A DNA stretch of 64,000 bases from Paragordius varius (taxonomy: Eukaryota > Animalia > Nematomorpha): the NCBI GenBank assembly GCA_964247055.1, contig OZ176052.1, positions 9,548,001-9,612,000 on the forward strand, written 5' to 3'. A program made the position numbers and the translations under genes. Under the pieces are notes generated by a model that made no database searches, was not told the origin of the DNA, and saw only the letters and a program-made list of their open reading frames with translations. Positions within the stretch are counted from its first letter, which is position 1. Every line of letters starts with the position of its first letter. Shown here piece after piece: positions 1-12,300 of this stretch.

Positions 1-659
1 AGGAAAAAAACATTTAAGGGAAAATAAATTAGTAGGGCATTCTTTGATAAAACTTCATTTTTAATTTTATAGATATTCACATTTATAAAACATTTCCTGC
101 ATGCGAACAAAATCAGAAATATAAAAATAAGATAATTAAATAAAATCATTAATTTTATGGTGCTTTTGTTTTTAGGCTATACAAACCTAAAAAAAGCTAT
201 TTGTTTTTTTGCGATAATTTTGTTGTATAAAAATATAAATATATAACTTTGAGAACCTTTAAAATATCTTTTACTAATATTTAATTTTAATGTAAGCTTT
301 TTAATTCTGTTTGGCGGCTAGCTAAATTTCTTGAAAGTAAAATCTGTAAAAAATATGTACAGGAGTAAGGGTTTAAAATTTTTATATCATTAGTTTATGA
401 CAAATAAAAAAGTAATGAGATTCACTTCGATGTAAATGGTACCCCAGACTATATTTTAAAAAATATTTTTAGAAAACTACTGAAAGAAACGGTCCCAATT
501 TCATCTATCATCGTAACCTATATATATATATATATTATATATATATTACAAAAAAATTGTCCACAAAAATAATTTTTTAAATATATATTTTGCCCAAGGT
601 ATGAGACCGTAAAAATTCAATAGGGTTCCAGGTATTTTATGATAAGCAAAAATTTTAGT

Positions 660-2700
660 GGTGCGTTTTTTTATATTGGCTGCTGGGTAAGAAGAGATAC
701 ACTCTAAAACTGCGCCATCCTTTCGAAATAGCGAGCCTCTGGGGCAAAATTAAGCAATCCTATCAGGCCATAGTTCAATAGATGCTTACGTAACAAAACA
801 AAAATTTAGGTCGTGCAATATTTTAAAATTAGCCGTTAATTAGGTCCTTGACCACCTGTAAATGCTTTACCATAGAATAATTTTTTAGTTTTCATACAAA
901 TCCAAAAACTTTGAGAGCATATGGAATGTATCATGATTCCAGGTAATCTCCGTAAAAGGCAAAGATTTTAATCAAACGCTTTTTTATATCAGCCTCTGGG
1001 TGAGCTCCGCCTAAAACTGCCACCATATCGAAATTGCCTTGTTTAGGAGTTAATTTTCAGAAAATCAGGCCACATAAGTTTAATAAGGTCCTGAAAAAGT
1101 AGCCGTAAAAAAACAAAATTATAAGTCCGATTTTGAATAAGACGTTAATTGGCCCTTCTCTCTAAATGCGATATCATTGTACTATTATTTAATTTTGAAA
1201 CATTTTTCCAAAACTATTAGGAACATTTTTTCTCTAACGTATTTTTTATATTAGCTTCTGGGTAGGGGGCTATCCGCCTACAACTGCGCCACCATATCGA
1301 TACAGCGTGACTTTAAAGGCATATTTTAGAAAATATATCAGGCCATATTAGTTCAATAAGGGCTTGAAATATCACCCGTAAAAAGGCAAAATTTTAAAGG
1401 AGCGGTTTTATTAAAATACCCCTTATTTAGTCCTTTGTCCTTAAAAATGCGCCACCATATACTTTTTTGAGGCAATTTTTTGAAAATCCCAGAGCACATA
1501 GAATTAATCATGATTTCAGGTATTACCCAAATTAAGGTAAAGGTTTTACTTGGATACAACACACTCATTTTAGTCCTTCGATACAAATTGGGGTAGTTGG
1601 ATACCCCAGGCCTGTTTAAAATCAAAGACTTTAGTATGGAAGGAATCGAAACCATGGCAAAATTTTGCGATTATTTAACATTAATAAACCAAAATATATA
1701 AAAAAATTTATTCAAAAATACTTGATATTACTTATTTTAAGCTAAAACCGAAACGTAAAAATTTCGTCAACGTGACATGTGTCAAATTGTTAAATTAAAA
1801 ATACAAAATAAACCGCTTTTTTTTATTTCTATCAATGTTATATATGATTTATATAAAAAATTGCTTTAGTTTTACCCTTAAAATTAAATGAAAACGATAT
1901 TTTTGCAAAATTTTGTAAAATAAAAATGGCGTCGGAGTAGTTTGATATGGAACTTTTTTTCAAAACAAAATTGTATCAAGATATTTTGGCATATTTATAT
2001 AATATTTATTAGGATAGAAGCATAAATTTAAATTGGGACCGTTTCCTTCAGTATTTTAATAAAAATATTAATTTAAATTTAGTCTGGGGTATTTAGATAC
2101 CCCAATTTTAATCGAAGTGTTAATCTAGAATTTTTTTATAGCCACTGGTTAGGGGGCTACCCGCGTAAAATTGCGTCACCTATATCGATACAGCCTGGCT
2201 TTGGTGCCAAATGTTAGAAAACTCATGAGATAGAAAAATATGGGTTCCATGATAATTCAGATATTAAAAGCAAAAATTTTGCCCAACTTTTTTATACCTC
2301 CCCGCCTAAGGAGCTACCCGCAAAAATCCGCCACTAAATAAAAATTGCGCTGTTTTGGAACTAATTTACAGAAAATCATGAAGCCATATAAACTTATTAA
2401 AAGCTTCCGTAACTAGGTAAAAATTTAGGTCAGACGTTTTTTATTAGCCGTTAATTTGTGGCCATTATGCTAAAACGACGCCATCATATAACGATTATTT
2501 GAGATATTTTTTCGAATAACCCACAAGATGGTATTTATGATGCTAAATTTTTATCCTATAAAGGCACAGGATTTAACTCAGCGCTCTTTCCATATAGGCT
2601 ATGGGAAGGTCCACCTGTTTAACTGAGACGCCATACAAAAATGGCGTGGTTTTGGAGAATTTTCAAAAAATAAGAAGCCATACGAGTTCCAAACACATTT
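660..2700. repeat. Degenerate tandem array of about 150-310 bp units, interrupted by a MITE
   Basis: A motif like TTTTTATATYAGC...CTGGG...CCGCCTAAAACTGCGCCA...TATCGA...TCAGGCCAT recurs near 668, 982, 1244, 2133, 2289 and 2585. The units are highly diverged. Confidence 0.5.
1548..2119 (+). mobile_element. Family A non-autonomous TTAA-targeting (piggyBac-like) MITE
   Basis: Ends (CA)CTTGGATACAAC... and ...ATCGAAGTG followed by TTAA. Subterminal GGGGTAnnnnnnTACCCC hairpins. Collinear with the copies at 35732-36311 and 53372-53917. Confidence 0.8.
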
Positions 2701-3809
2701 CTAAAGAATTCTTATAACATCATTCTTTCCTTTGAAAGGGAACCACAATTAATTTTTTTATATCCCTTGATCGCAGGTGTGTGAACACAATTTCAAAATA
2801 AAATTTTTAAGGATTTTGTAAAACGAAAAATAATAGCTGAATATTCATTTAAATAAGGGATAGTTTAAATATGGTCAGTAAACTATATTGAAGCCTATCC
2901 AAAAACCGGTAAAAAAATAATTAAAGACATTCTTTCTAATAAATATGTTTTTATTTTTTTCTAATCTCCATAACCTCTATTAATTGCAAATTATTAATAA
3001 TGGTGGGTGCTACGTCTCAGTGAAGCGTGACAGTAGAATTTATATAAACATTGCAAATTATCGTGTTTATTTAATTTTAAAGCTAAAATCGGAGCTAATT
3101 TTTTATTTAAATCAATCTAAAATTTATAGAAACAGAAGAAGTGGTTTATTTGTATTATTTCTAAATTTAGCTAAAACACATCATAGACTAAATTTATACA
3201 CTTAGGTTTTACCTTAAAATAAATTTTATCAAGTATTTTTGAATGATTTTTTCTATATTTTGGTTATTTATGTTATAAAAGTGTCAACTTTTGCTATTGT
3301 TTTAATTCTTTCTATTTTTTTGAAGTAATTTTGTACAGTTCTGGTCAACTACCCCAATTTGAACGAAAGACTTAATAAAGTGCAGTATCCTGGTGTTTGT
3401 GTATTTTCAAATATAAAAAAATATTATTAAAAGTCATTCACTAATGCGCAATATTGGACCTAAAAATTAAAAAGAGCCATTGATAAATGTCCTGTCAAAA
3501 AATATCCCTATAATATGTTAATAATAATTATAGGTTTGTTTTTATTTTTCCCATTAATCATCATAAAGCCGTTTTAATTTATGGAAAAGTGTTTTGTTGA
3601 TTGGGAAAATGCACCGATTGACTGAAAAATTGTTTCAACTGTCTGGAACAATCCCTCTATTTATTGGAAAAGTTTTGTTTGATCGGAATAACATTTTAAT
3701 ATGGAATAAGGTTTTGACTGACTGAAAATATTTGGGATTGGTATATATTTATTACTAATTTTGAGAACTATTGTATAAAAATACATTGTTAAAATCATAA
3801 GATGTACAT

Positions 3810-4977
3810 ATGGTCAAAAAATTAAATATTTTTAGCAGCAGATTTTATCAACAAAGTAATAATTCAATTTAATTAGGGTTTTTTTCATGGAAAGATCCAT
3901 TGAAACTTGAAGAACAATTAAATACAGAAGAAATTGCTATCAGAGATAATTTTAGGAAATATTGTAAGGAAAAATTATTTCCAAATGTTATACTTGCTTA
4001 TCGCAATGAATGTATAGTTCTTATTAAATATAGGTTTCAACAAAGATATATTTAGAGAGATGGGTGATTTAGGGGTGTTGGGAGCAAGTCTCAAAGGTTA
4101 CGGGTTACCAGGTATATCATCCGTTGCACATGGACTATTGATGAAAGAAATTGAAAGGTTTTCTTTTTTTAGTTTTGAAATATTTTATCAATGCTTACTA
4201 TATTAAATAGAGTGGATAGTGGATATCGTTCTTGCATGAGTGTCCAATCGTCTTTGGTTATGTACCCTATACATGCTTTTGGAAGCGAAGATCAAAAAAA
4301 TGAATACTTGCCCAAATTATGTATAAATAAATTTAGACAGTTTCATTTTTATATTTATGTATAATAAACTCAGTAAAAACGAAAAAATAAAGAATCGAAA
4401 TAATGCAATTAACATTAAAGGGTTATTAAAGTATTTGATTTAAAAGATATAAATAGATTATGTACCTAAAAGTATGTACTGTTTCTAAATTAACCAATAT
4501 TACTGATTAAATTTGAAGTATTAATAAGTCGAAACTCAATTACAATCTAGTCTTTAATGATTTTGTTTTTTCTATTTATAAAATTACTCCCAAAATAATC
4601 ATTGATTGATTCAATAATTTATTAAAATTTTATATGTGATTGACCTATTCCAAAAAATTAAAAATTACAATACCTATATTATATATATATATATATATAT
4701 ATTATCAAACTAAAATTTTTTTCCCCAAACTATAATATAGCCAAAGGTCATTTAATTGGTTGTTTTGGGTTAACGGAACCCAATCATGGAAGCGATCCGG
4801 GATCAATGGAAACAACGGCTCGTACGATAAAACGAAATGGAAAAACATTTTATCTTTTAAACGGGACCAAATCATGGTATCCTAATTTAAATATATACAT
4901 AGGCAGTTTATAAGAATGGTTTCGATTTTTTTTTAGATAATAATATAATAATTGTTTTCTAGAACTCGATTATAAAT

Positions 4978-5037
<60 letters not shown>

Positions 5038-8000
5038 AGTAATGGAAATATATTATTGTGCGAAAATGGGGATCGAAAATTAATATTTAGAATCATATGG
5101 TATTCGATAGGTAGAAGTTTTAGGATGTGTATTTAAATATTAATGCTGTTAGAATAGATAAAGGTTAATAGCCAGAATTAAAAAATTATATTTAATATAA
5201 AATAAAATTAGGGTGTTACCCCTTTGCAAATTATGATAAAATATTTATATAACATTGATATATTGATTAAACTATGTATATATATTTGTGTATATATGAT
5301 AGTTAAAATAAGAAATTAAATCTTTAACCACCAATAACAAGGTTTTATGTTTTAAAATTGACGTCAAACAGCGGTATTTTAAATTAAATTTAAATCCTGT
5401 TAGAGGTCCAAGAATCCCTTGAAAAAATGTAATATCGATAATATTTTGCGTTTATGATAACAAAAAAATTAAATAAACACATTTTCATCTATAATATTTA
5501 ATTTTTTTCAAATGCTAGCATTAATTTTGGTTAATAGCAGAAAAATTAATAAACAGTACATTTTTCATTTTAATATATTATATCCTAAAACTTTTAGTTA
5601 TCGAATGATAGATATATTTATAAAATTTATTTGCTCGGCACCGTGTTTTGAAAATATGTGGTAGACTTTGTTGATTATGAAGTAATTAATATGACAATAT
5701 TTTAAACAAAATATTGATTGGTCCGTAGAACTAATTAATTTACTCTTATACCACTTTTAATTTTAATATAAAGGATCACAAATTCTCCCATTGCTGATTT
5801 ATGTTTGGTGTGGGCCCGTGTCATTCCAGAAAACGAAAATTCAAATAAAACTAATGACCCCAGGATCAAAAGTAAATTTCATTTTTTTAAAAAAACGGTT
5901 ATGGATCAAATGTATGGTTATTCAGTCAGATGGTTCTAATTTCGGATTCCCTTTTTTAAATTTATGAATAACCTTTTTTTATTACAATGAAGATTTCGCC
6001 AAATATAAGCAAATAACCTTTCAAAACTTTTATCTGGATATCAAAAAACATGATTCAAAGAAAACAGAAAAAAATAAAATTAAAATTTAATGCGCCCATT
6101 AATAATTTGGATCATTTTCAAAAACGGTATAAACCGTTTATAAAATTATTTTGGCTTTTAGAAAAGCTAGTTGGACCAGTATGACAAAAACGGTTTTTGT
6201 TCCGTCTTTAAACTTAGCATTTCCACATAAACTACACAATCCTAACTGGATAAATATTAATATTTTTTAATAATTTTGGTAAAAAAATGCTTTTTTCCTA
6301 TATAGAATCAAACACTCTACGCGGTTTTCTTATTCCCAAAGGAACGGTCGGTTTATCCTGTCCTGAAATAAAAGGAAAATTATCCCTCAGAGCATCTACC
6401 ACCGGTCAAATCGTTATGGAACATGTTGAACTTAGTGAAGACGCTATGTTACCTGGTGTTGAAGGGTTTAAAGTAAGCGGTAATTTCAATTAACTTTTTT
6501 CATAAATTTACCCATATTTCTTAAAAACAAACAATCTAACTCAAAAACGTGTTAACATATCTCCTAAATATAATAATATCATAATTGAATATTACCTACG
6601 ACAAAAAATTTTTGCCAAAATTTTTAAATATGGATAAACTTGCCTTTTTATGTTTAATAATGGTTTTATTTTAGGTGTTGAAATGCTTTTGTAATAAAAA
6701 TAGTTTTGTTTTAAATAATGGGTTAAATACGTTAGTTCTGCAATGTAAAGTAATTTCACTACAACATTTTTCATATTATTTATTTCTTTTCAGGGTCCTT
6801 TTAGTTGTTTAAATAACGCAAGATACGGAATAGCATGGGGTGTCATGGGTTCAGCCGAATTTTGTTTTGAAAAAGCTCGCGAATATGTTTTAGATAGGTA
6901 AGTTGGTTTAATAAAATTATATTTTCTATATTTTTTATACTTTATAAATTATAGGTAATTAATAAATTATAACCATATAAATATATATATATATTAATAT
7001 GAAGTGTAATTAAAATATTAAAATATAAATTGGTTAAAATTAATATACATGGGGGGATAGTAACTTCTTGATTATTTGTTTAATTTACAAATTAGGTTAA
7101 ATTTTTAGCATTGGAAGCTTAGACAATGTTTTTTGTATGGTTCTCTCTGGAAATTAAATCTCGACACACAGTTGCATATTATTTTTTCGTGGCAATTTAA
7201 TTTTAGGAAATATCATTATAAAAAAAGCTTTTAAATTTATTATTTTGATAAAAGATAATAATTTATAATAATAAACATATAGATCACAATTTGGTAAACC
7301 CTTGGCCTCATATCAATTAATACAGAAAAAATTGGCCGATATGATGACTGACATAGCTCTTAATTCTCAAGCCTGCCTACGCGTAGGTCGATTGAAGGAT
7401 GAAAACAAGTAATAAAATATTTCAAATCATATGCAATCATAAAAAGATTATTTTAATTTTTGTGATCGGTTTTTTTGAAAAATAGCGTTATAATATGTTT
7501 AACATACAAATGTCTGTTCTAAAATCTGTAAAGATTGTTCTACTCGAAAAATCACCCACACAGTTTTTACAGTATTTTCCTGTATCCAGGGATTAATAAA
7601 TTTTAAATTTGAAACCAATGATGATCCATCATCATTTTATAAATTGGCATTTTTATATCACTAAATGTCAGAAACAATTTAGCTACATTTTTATTTAAAA
7701 ATTAATTTTATTAATGTTTTTATAATCCTTTTTCACATAAGAGCTACACCAGAGATGATATCTTTAATCAAGCGTAGCTGTTGTGGCGCAGCTATAAACA
7801 TAGCGCGAACTGCAAGAGACATGTTGGGTGCTAATGGAATTAGTGATGAATACCATGTTTTAAGACACGCTATGAATTTGGAAGCGGTTAATACGTATGA
7901 AGGTAAATTGGTTTTAGTATCCGTTTCTGATATAGTGCCCACTTAATTGTTGGCCTATTTGCATTACAGTAACGTATGTTAAAAACAAAGGTTATTTCAA

Positions 8001-8962
8001 TAATTAATGAAACACATTTATTGTTGTAAGATAAAAAAAATTATTTTCACACATTTGTTGTTTTTTATCTATACTGTATGAAAATTAGCCAACAATAACG
8101 TGTAGGCCAGCAATGTGCATATACTGTAATTTTCACCGAAAACCTTTACCGTTTTAAATGATAGGTGTAGCCATAAGTCATTATCGATTTAACAAAGACG
8201 GGTCATACGATTTATTTGATACAAACCCCATTCCTTTTAATCAAAAGACCATATCAATACTTTAATTAAATTAATAATTTGTTTCTTTACAAAATAACGT
8301 GTTTTTTAGCAAAAAAAACCGGTATAGACTTATGACTACACCTAGTAGATAATTTTTGTAATGGTAAAAAATATTGATGAAAAAATTTTAATGGAACTAA
8401 TAAATTTATATTTAACAATTTATAAACCATTTTCACGCAAAATATTGCGATATCAAAATGACAAGTTTTTATAAATTTTCTATATTTTATGTTTGTAAAA
8501 TATTATTTATGGCCTTTTAGGCGTATGTTTAAAAAAAATTCAAACATAGTATGATTAAATTTAAAATACTTTGAATGCATTTATTTTCGTTTTGACAGCA
8601 GTTGATATTTAAAATTAGCTATTAGTTTAAATCCGTAAGAGATTCAAATTTTAAATTAGAGAGTACAATTATTTTTTTTACAAATAATTTATATTTTGGA
8701 CGAAATATCATTTATTTTTTGCTTTTGTGAACTGTAAAATAGCAAATATTTCGTATCCTTTAATATTGGTTCTTAAAAACTTTTGAAAATTTAAATCACA
8801 TAAAATATTAAACTCAATTAATTTAAACATTTTTTTAAGATAATAGTATAAATGTTATATAAATAATATATGAAAACAATTTTATTTGAATATACAGGTA
8901 CTCAAGATGTGCACGCGTTGATTTTGGGAAAGGCGATTACAAATATATCAGCATTTTCTTAA
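3810..8962 (+). CDS. GCDH: Glutaryl-CoA dehydrogenase, mitochondrial (11 exons)
   Basis: Exons 3810-3855, 3877-4011, 4034-4157, 4211-4320, 4741-4876, 5774-5871, 6306-6472, 6794-6897, 7283-7408, 7742-7902, 8898-8962 splice at GT-AG into one frame. Motifs: [76 protein letters not shown]. Confidence 0.96.
4981..5033. repeat. (TA)n microsatellite, the longest of several
   Basis: About 26 TA units in a GCDH intron. Shorter tracts lie near 519, 4677, 14708, 37905, 58582 and 58883. Confidence 0.95.
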
Positions 8963-8975
8963 TAAATTTATTTAT

Positions 8976-9250
8976 TTATTTGGCTATTTGTCTCATTAAA
9001 TTATTATTTAATTTTTCAAATTTTTTGAATTCCTGCATGTATCGCGTTTTATATTGCCAGCACTATATTATAAATTTATAATAAACCTTAACATTATCAG
9101 TAACTTTGAAATAAACTTTCCCAAGTTTGTGATTATGCTTTATACAAAATCTCGTCTTAAATTTACAAATGTAATTACCTTATTCGGATTATTTTGAAAA
9201 AGCGTTTCAGTTTCCTTTTCAAATTCTTCCCAAGTGTGGACATAAACCAT
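8976..9250 (-). CDS. SRP9: Signal recognition particle 9 kDa subunit (3 exons)
   Basis: Exons 9250-9179, 9155-9087, 9062-8976 give MVYVHTWEEFEKETETLFQNNPNKTRFCIKHNHKLGKVYFKVTDNVKCWQYKTRYMQEFKKFEKLNNNLMRQIAK*. This matches the SRP9 pattern TWEEF..., KVTDD..C..YKT..Q..KK.EK....LMR. Confidence 0.9.
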
Positions 9251-9302
9251 GTGTTTACGATATGTAATATAAACTATTTGAAGAAAGGTGTTAAGCCGGG
9301 AA
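9251..9302. promoter_or_regulatory. Putative 52-bp bidirectional promoter/5'UTR region between SRP9 and MSH6
   Basis: It is the only sequence between two divergent start codons. Promoter function is inferred. Confidence 0.55.
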
Positions 9303-12300
9303 ATGCAAACAAGTTTATTAAAATTTTTCACCAAATCCAATAAAGCTTCTTGTGGCACACCACCAAGTTTAAATTATTCTATAGTTTTAGCCGATTCTAA
9401 AAAATTTGAATTGCACGACGTTATAATTATAAAAGATAAAAATTGGCCAGCCCTTGTTACCAAGTCGAATGATGGTATATTTTTTAATGGAAACGAATAT
9501 TACGTTCAATTTTTAATTAAAAACGAATGCAAATGGGTTTTACAAAGGTAAAATATGTATTTTAATATTAGCCACATTATAAAGTTTGCAGTAAATTGTT
9601 TCCCGACTATTTTAACGGTTGATTCGAAATTAGCTTTTGATTTAGCGGAACGATTGGCTAAAACTCCAAATAATAATAGATTAAACTTGTTATTGAATTC
9701 TGATAAAGAAAATAAAGTAAATAATTTAATTTTAATATTTTAGATTGCAACACCAAAAAGGTAAAAGATATTTTTTAATCATAGCAAAAAACCCGTTATA
9801 TATTCCTCCGATGAAGATGAATCTTTTAATATAAAAGTTTTTTATTAATAAAATATATTTCAGAAAAGAAAAAAAGCTCTCTCACCTTCGGAAAATCGTT
9901 TAAATAATTTTAAGTTTGAAAAAGAAGTTGTCACATCTCCTCTACAAAGTAGTCAATTACTTAATAAAAATGATGAAAAATTGGACTTGTACCGAACAAT
10001 GTTTGCCACGCCTAAAAATAAAAAAATAGTAATAATAATTTTATTTTCGGCATTTTTTGCAATTATTAAGTATCTGAAATAATAATGTTTTTCAATGATG
10101 TAACAACCAGTAAAATATTTTATAAATGGTATAAACAGTTTTTTATCCGCTGCAATTATGCTGCTAATTTACGTATTTTCACGATACTTTCGCAATCATT
10201 TGTTAAGATTATTAATCATTAAACTAGCTCTAGTTTCAAAATATCATACTGATAAATCTTAAAAATTTTTTACTCGTGGTATTTTTTAGTTTAAAAAAAT
10301 AATAGCTTTAAAGATATCATATATATCAAGACGCCGTTTGTTAATTTTATATTGGAGATATGTATCGACAAGGAAAATCTATTATATACATAATAAAAAG
10401 TTATTTTTTCTTAATTAGAATTATTTGAATTTTAAAAGCTTTACAGACTTATCTCAGTATTTACAAACTCATTGGGAAGTTCTTTAAAAAATTCATCATA
10501 TTCTTTTGAGTTTTGTGTATAAGATAAATTTTAGGGCGTAATTTTACTATGTGTAAGATCTATTTAATTTAAGACCTCTAAATAATATGTTATTTTTCTA
10601 AATATAATTTCTTTGACATATATCATAAAAATGCATCCTAAACATTTAACCATTTATAATTAGGCTTTGAATAATTGCCTAAATTTAAACAGGTTGGAAA
10701 GCGCTTTATAAAATAAAAATCAGTTTAAAATTGTATCTTTGCTAATAACAGAAAACAGTAATAATCAAATCAATATATTTATAAAACCAAGATTTGAATA
10801 TCTAAATTACATCGCTAATTTATTTAAAGCTAGGTGAATTTTAATGCGGGTAGTGATTCTTAATTAAAAACTGGCCCCACAATTTCGATTCAATCAAATG
10901 GGTATACCAAAACGCTTTTTAATAAGTTGACTGACACTGGTTTTAAGGTTTTAAACAATAGAGGTTTCCCAAATTATTCCAAATTCCATTTTTCTGTTTT
11001 AGTAAATTTTCAAAACGAAATAGAATAATAAAAAAGAAGCAATGATAATTTATGCCAAAAAAAATAATTTATTTTGATTGTGATCTAATACCTTAAAAAA
11101 CATAACCTTTTAAGGATGAAATTAAAATACTCAAATCTAAATATATTTTTTATTGACTCGTGTTCAAGTGTAATTTTTTGTTTTAAGGAGACAATGAAAT
11201 CTACACCTTCGCTTACGCCCACTCGAACTAAGCAGGATTGCAAATTCGTCCATCAAACATTGGATTGGTTGAAACCGGACAAACGAAGGTTTTAAAGGAT
11301 TATTAAGAATACTACTATTTTTTGGAATCAAAATTATTTCGTTTTACTATTGTTTAAATCTTTATAAACATAAAATATTGTCACCAATCAATAACTTCTT
11401 AAGTATAATTATTTCAAAATCATATTTCAACATCCTCCCCTACATAAAATTGTTTATAAATATATGTTTTCCCAAATAAATGATTAGAGATGCACAAGGA
11501 AGACTTATGTCACACCCAGATCACGATACACGGACACTCCTTGTTCCTACAGATTATTTACGAAAAGTAACGCCGGCCTTAAAACAATGGTGGAATATAA
11601 AATCTCAACGATTTGATTGCGTGCTCTTTTTTAAGATTGGAAAATTTTATGAACTTTATCATATGGACGCTTTGCTTGGAATTAAAGAGTTAGGCTTAAG
11701 CTTGATGGGTTCAAAAGATGTTGAAGACAGTGGTTTAAATAATTCGATAAGGTAAAAATTATGTGTGAATTCTGGTTTTTCTTTTACTTTTATGGCAAAC
11801 CAAACATTTATTCTAATCTATTATTTATTAGTTCAAATCTAGATGATAGTATTGTAGGCTTAGAAAAGGTGAATACTACGCCTGGTTCAAACGCCGGTCC
11901 TGTTAATGCTCATTCTGGATTCCCTGAAATCGTTTGTGAAAAATATATGGAAATGTTAGTTGAGAAGGGATACAAGGTATTGTAGGGAATAAAATTTGGG
12001 TTTTGCGTTTTAAGCGTAAGTTAGCGTTGGATTTTGGAGTTTTAAATAACAATTGGTCTGACAGCTTATGATGCAGTTATTGGTCATACATCGACGTTAA
12101 ATAAATGTAATATCAAATAAATAATATTAACTGTTCTTGATTAAATTGTTAAACAAGTATATATTAATAAGTAATAGTAACAATTTAGTTATTTTAATAA
12201 CGGTCATCGTAAATCTAATAAATATATTTTAAACTTTTAATGTGTCATTTAGGTATGTCGCGTTGAACAAACTGAAACGGTTCATGCAATGGGGCAAAGA

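Noticed and set aside
1353-1655. 100-aa ORF (similar ORFs at 36118-36342 and 53235-53477)
   Set aside because: They are chance frames through the terminus of the non-coding Family A MITE.
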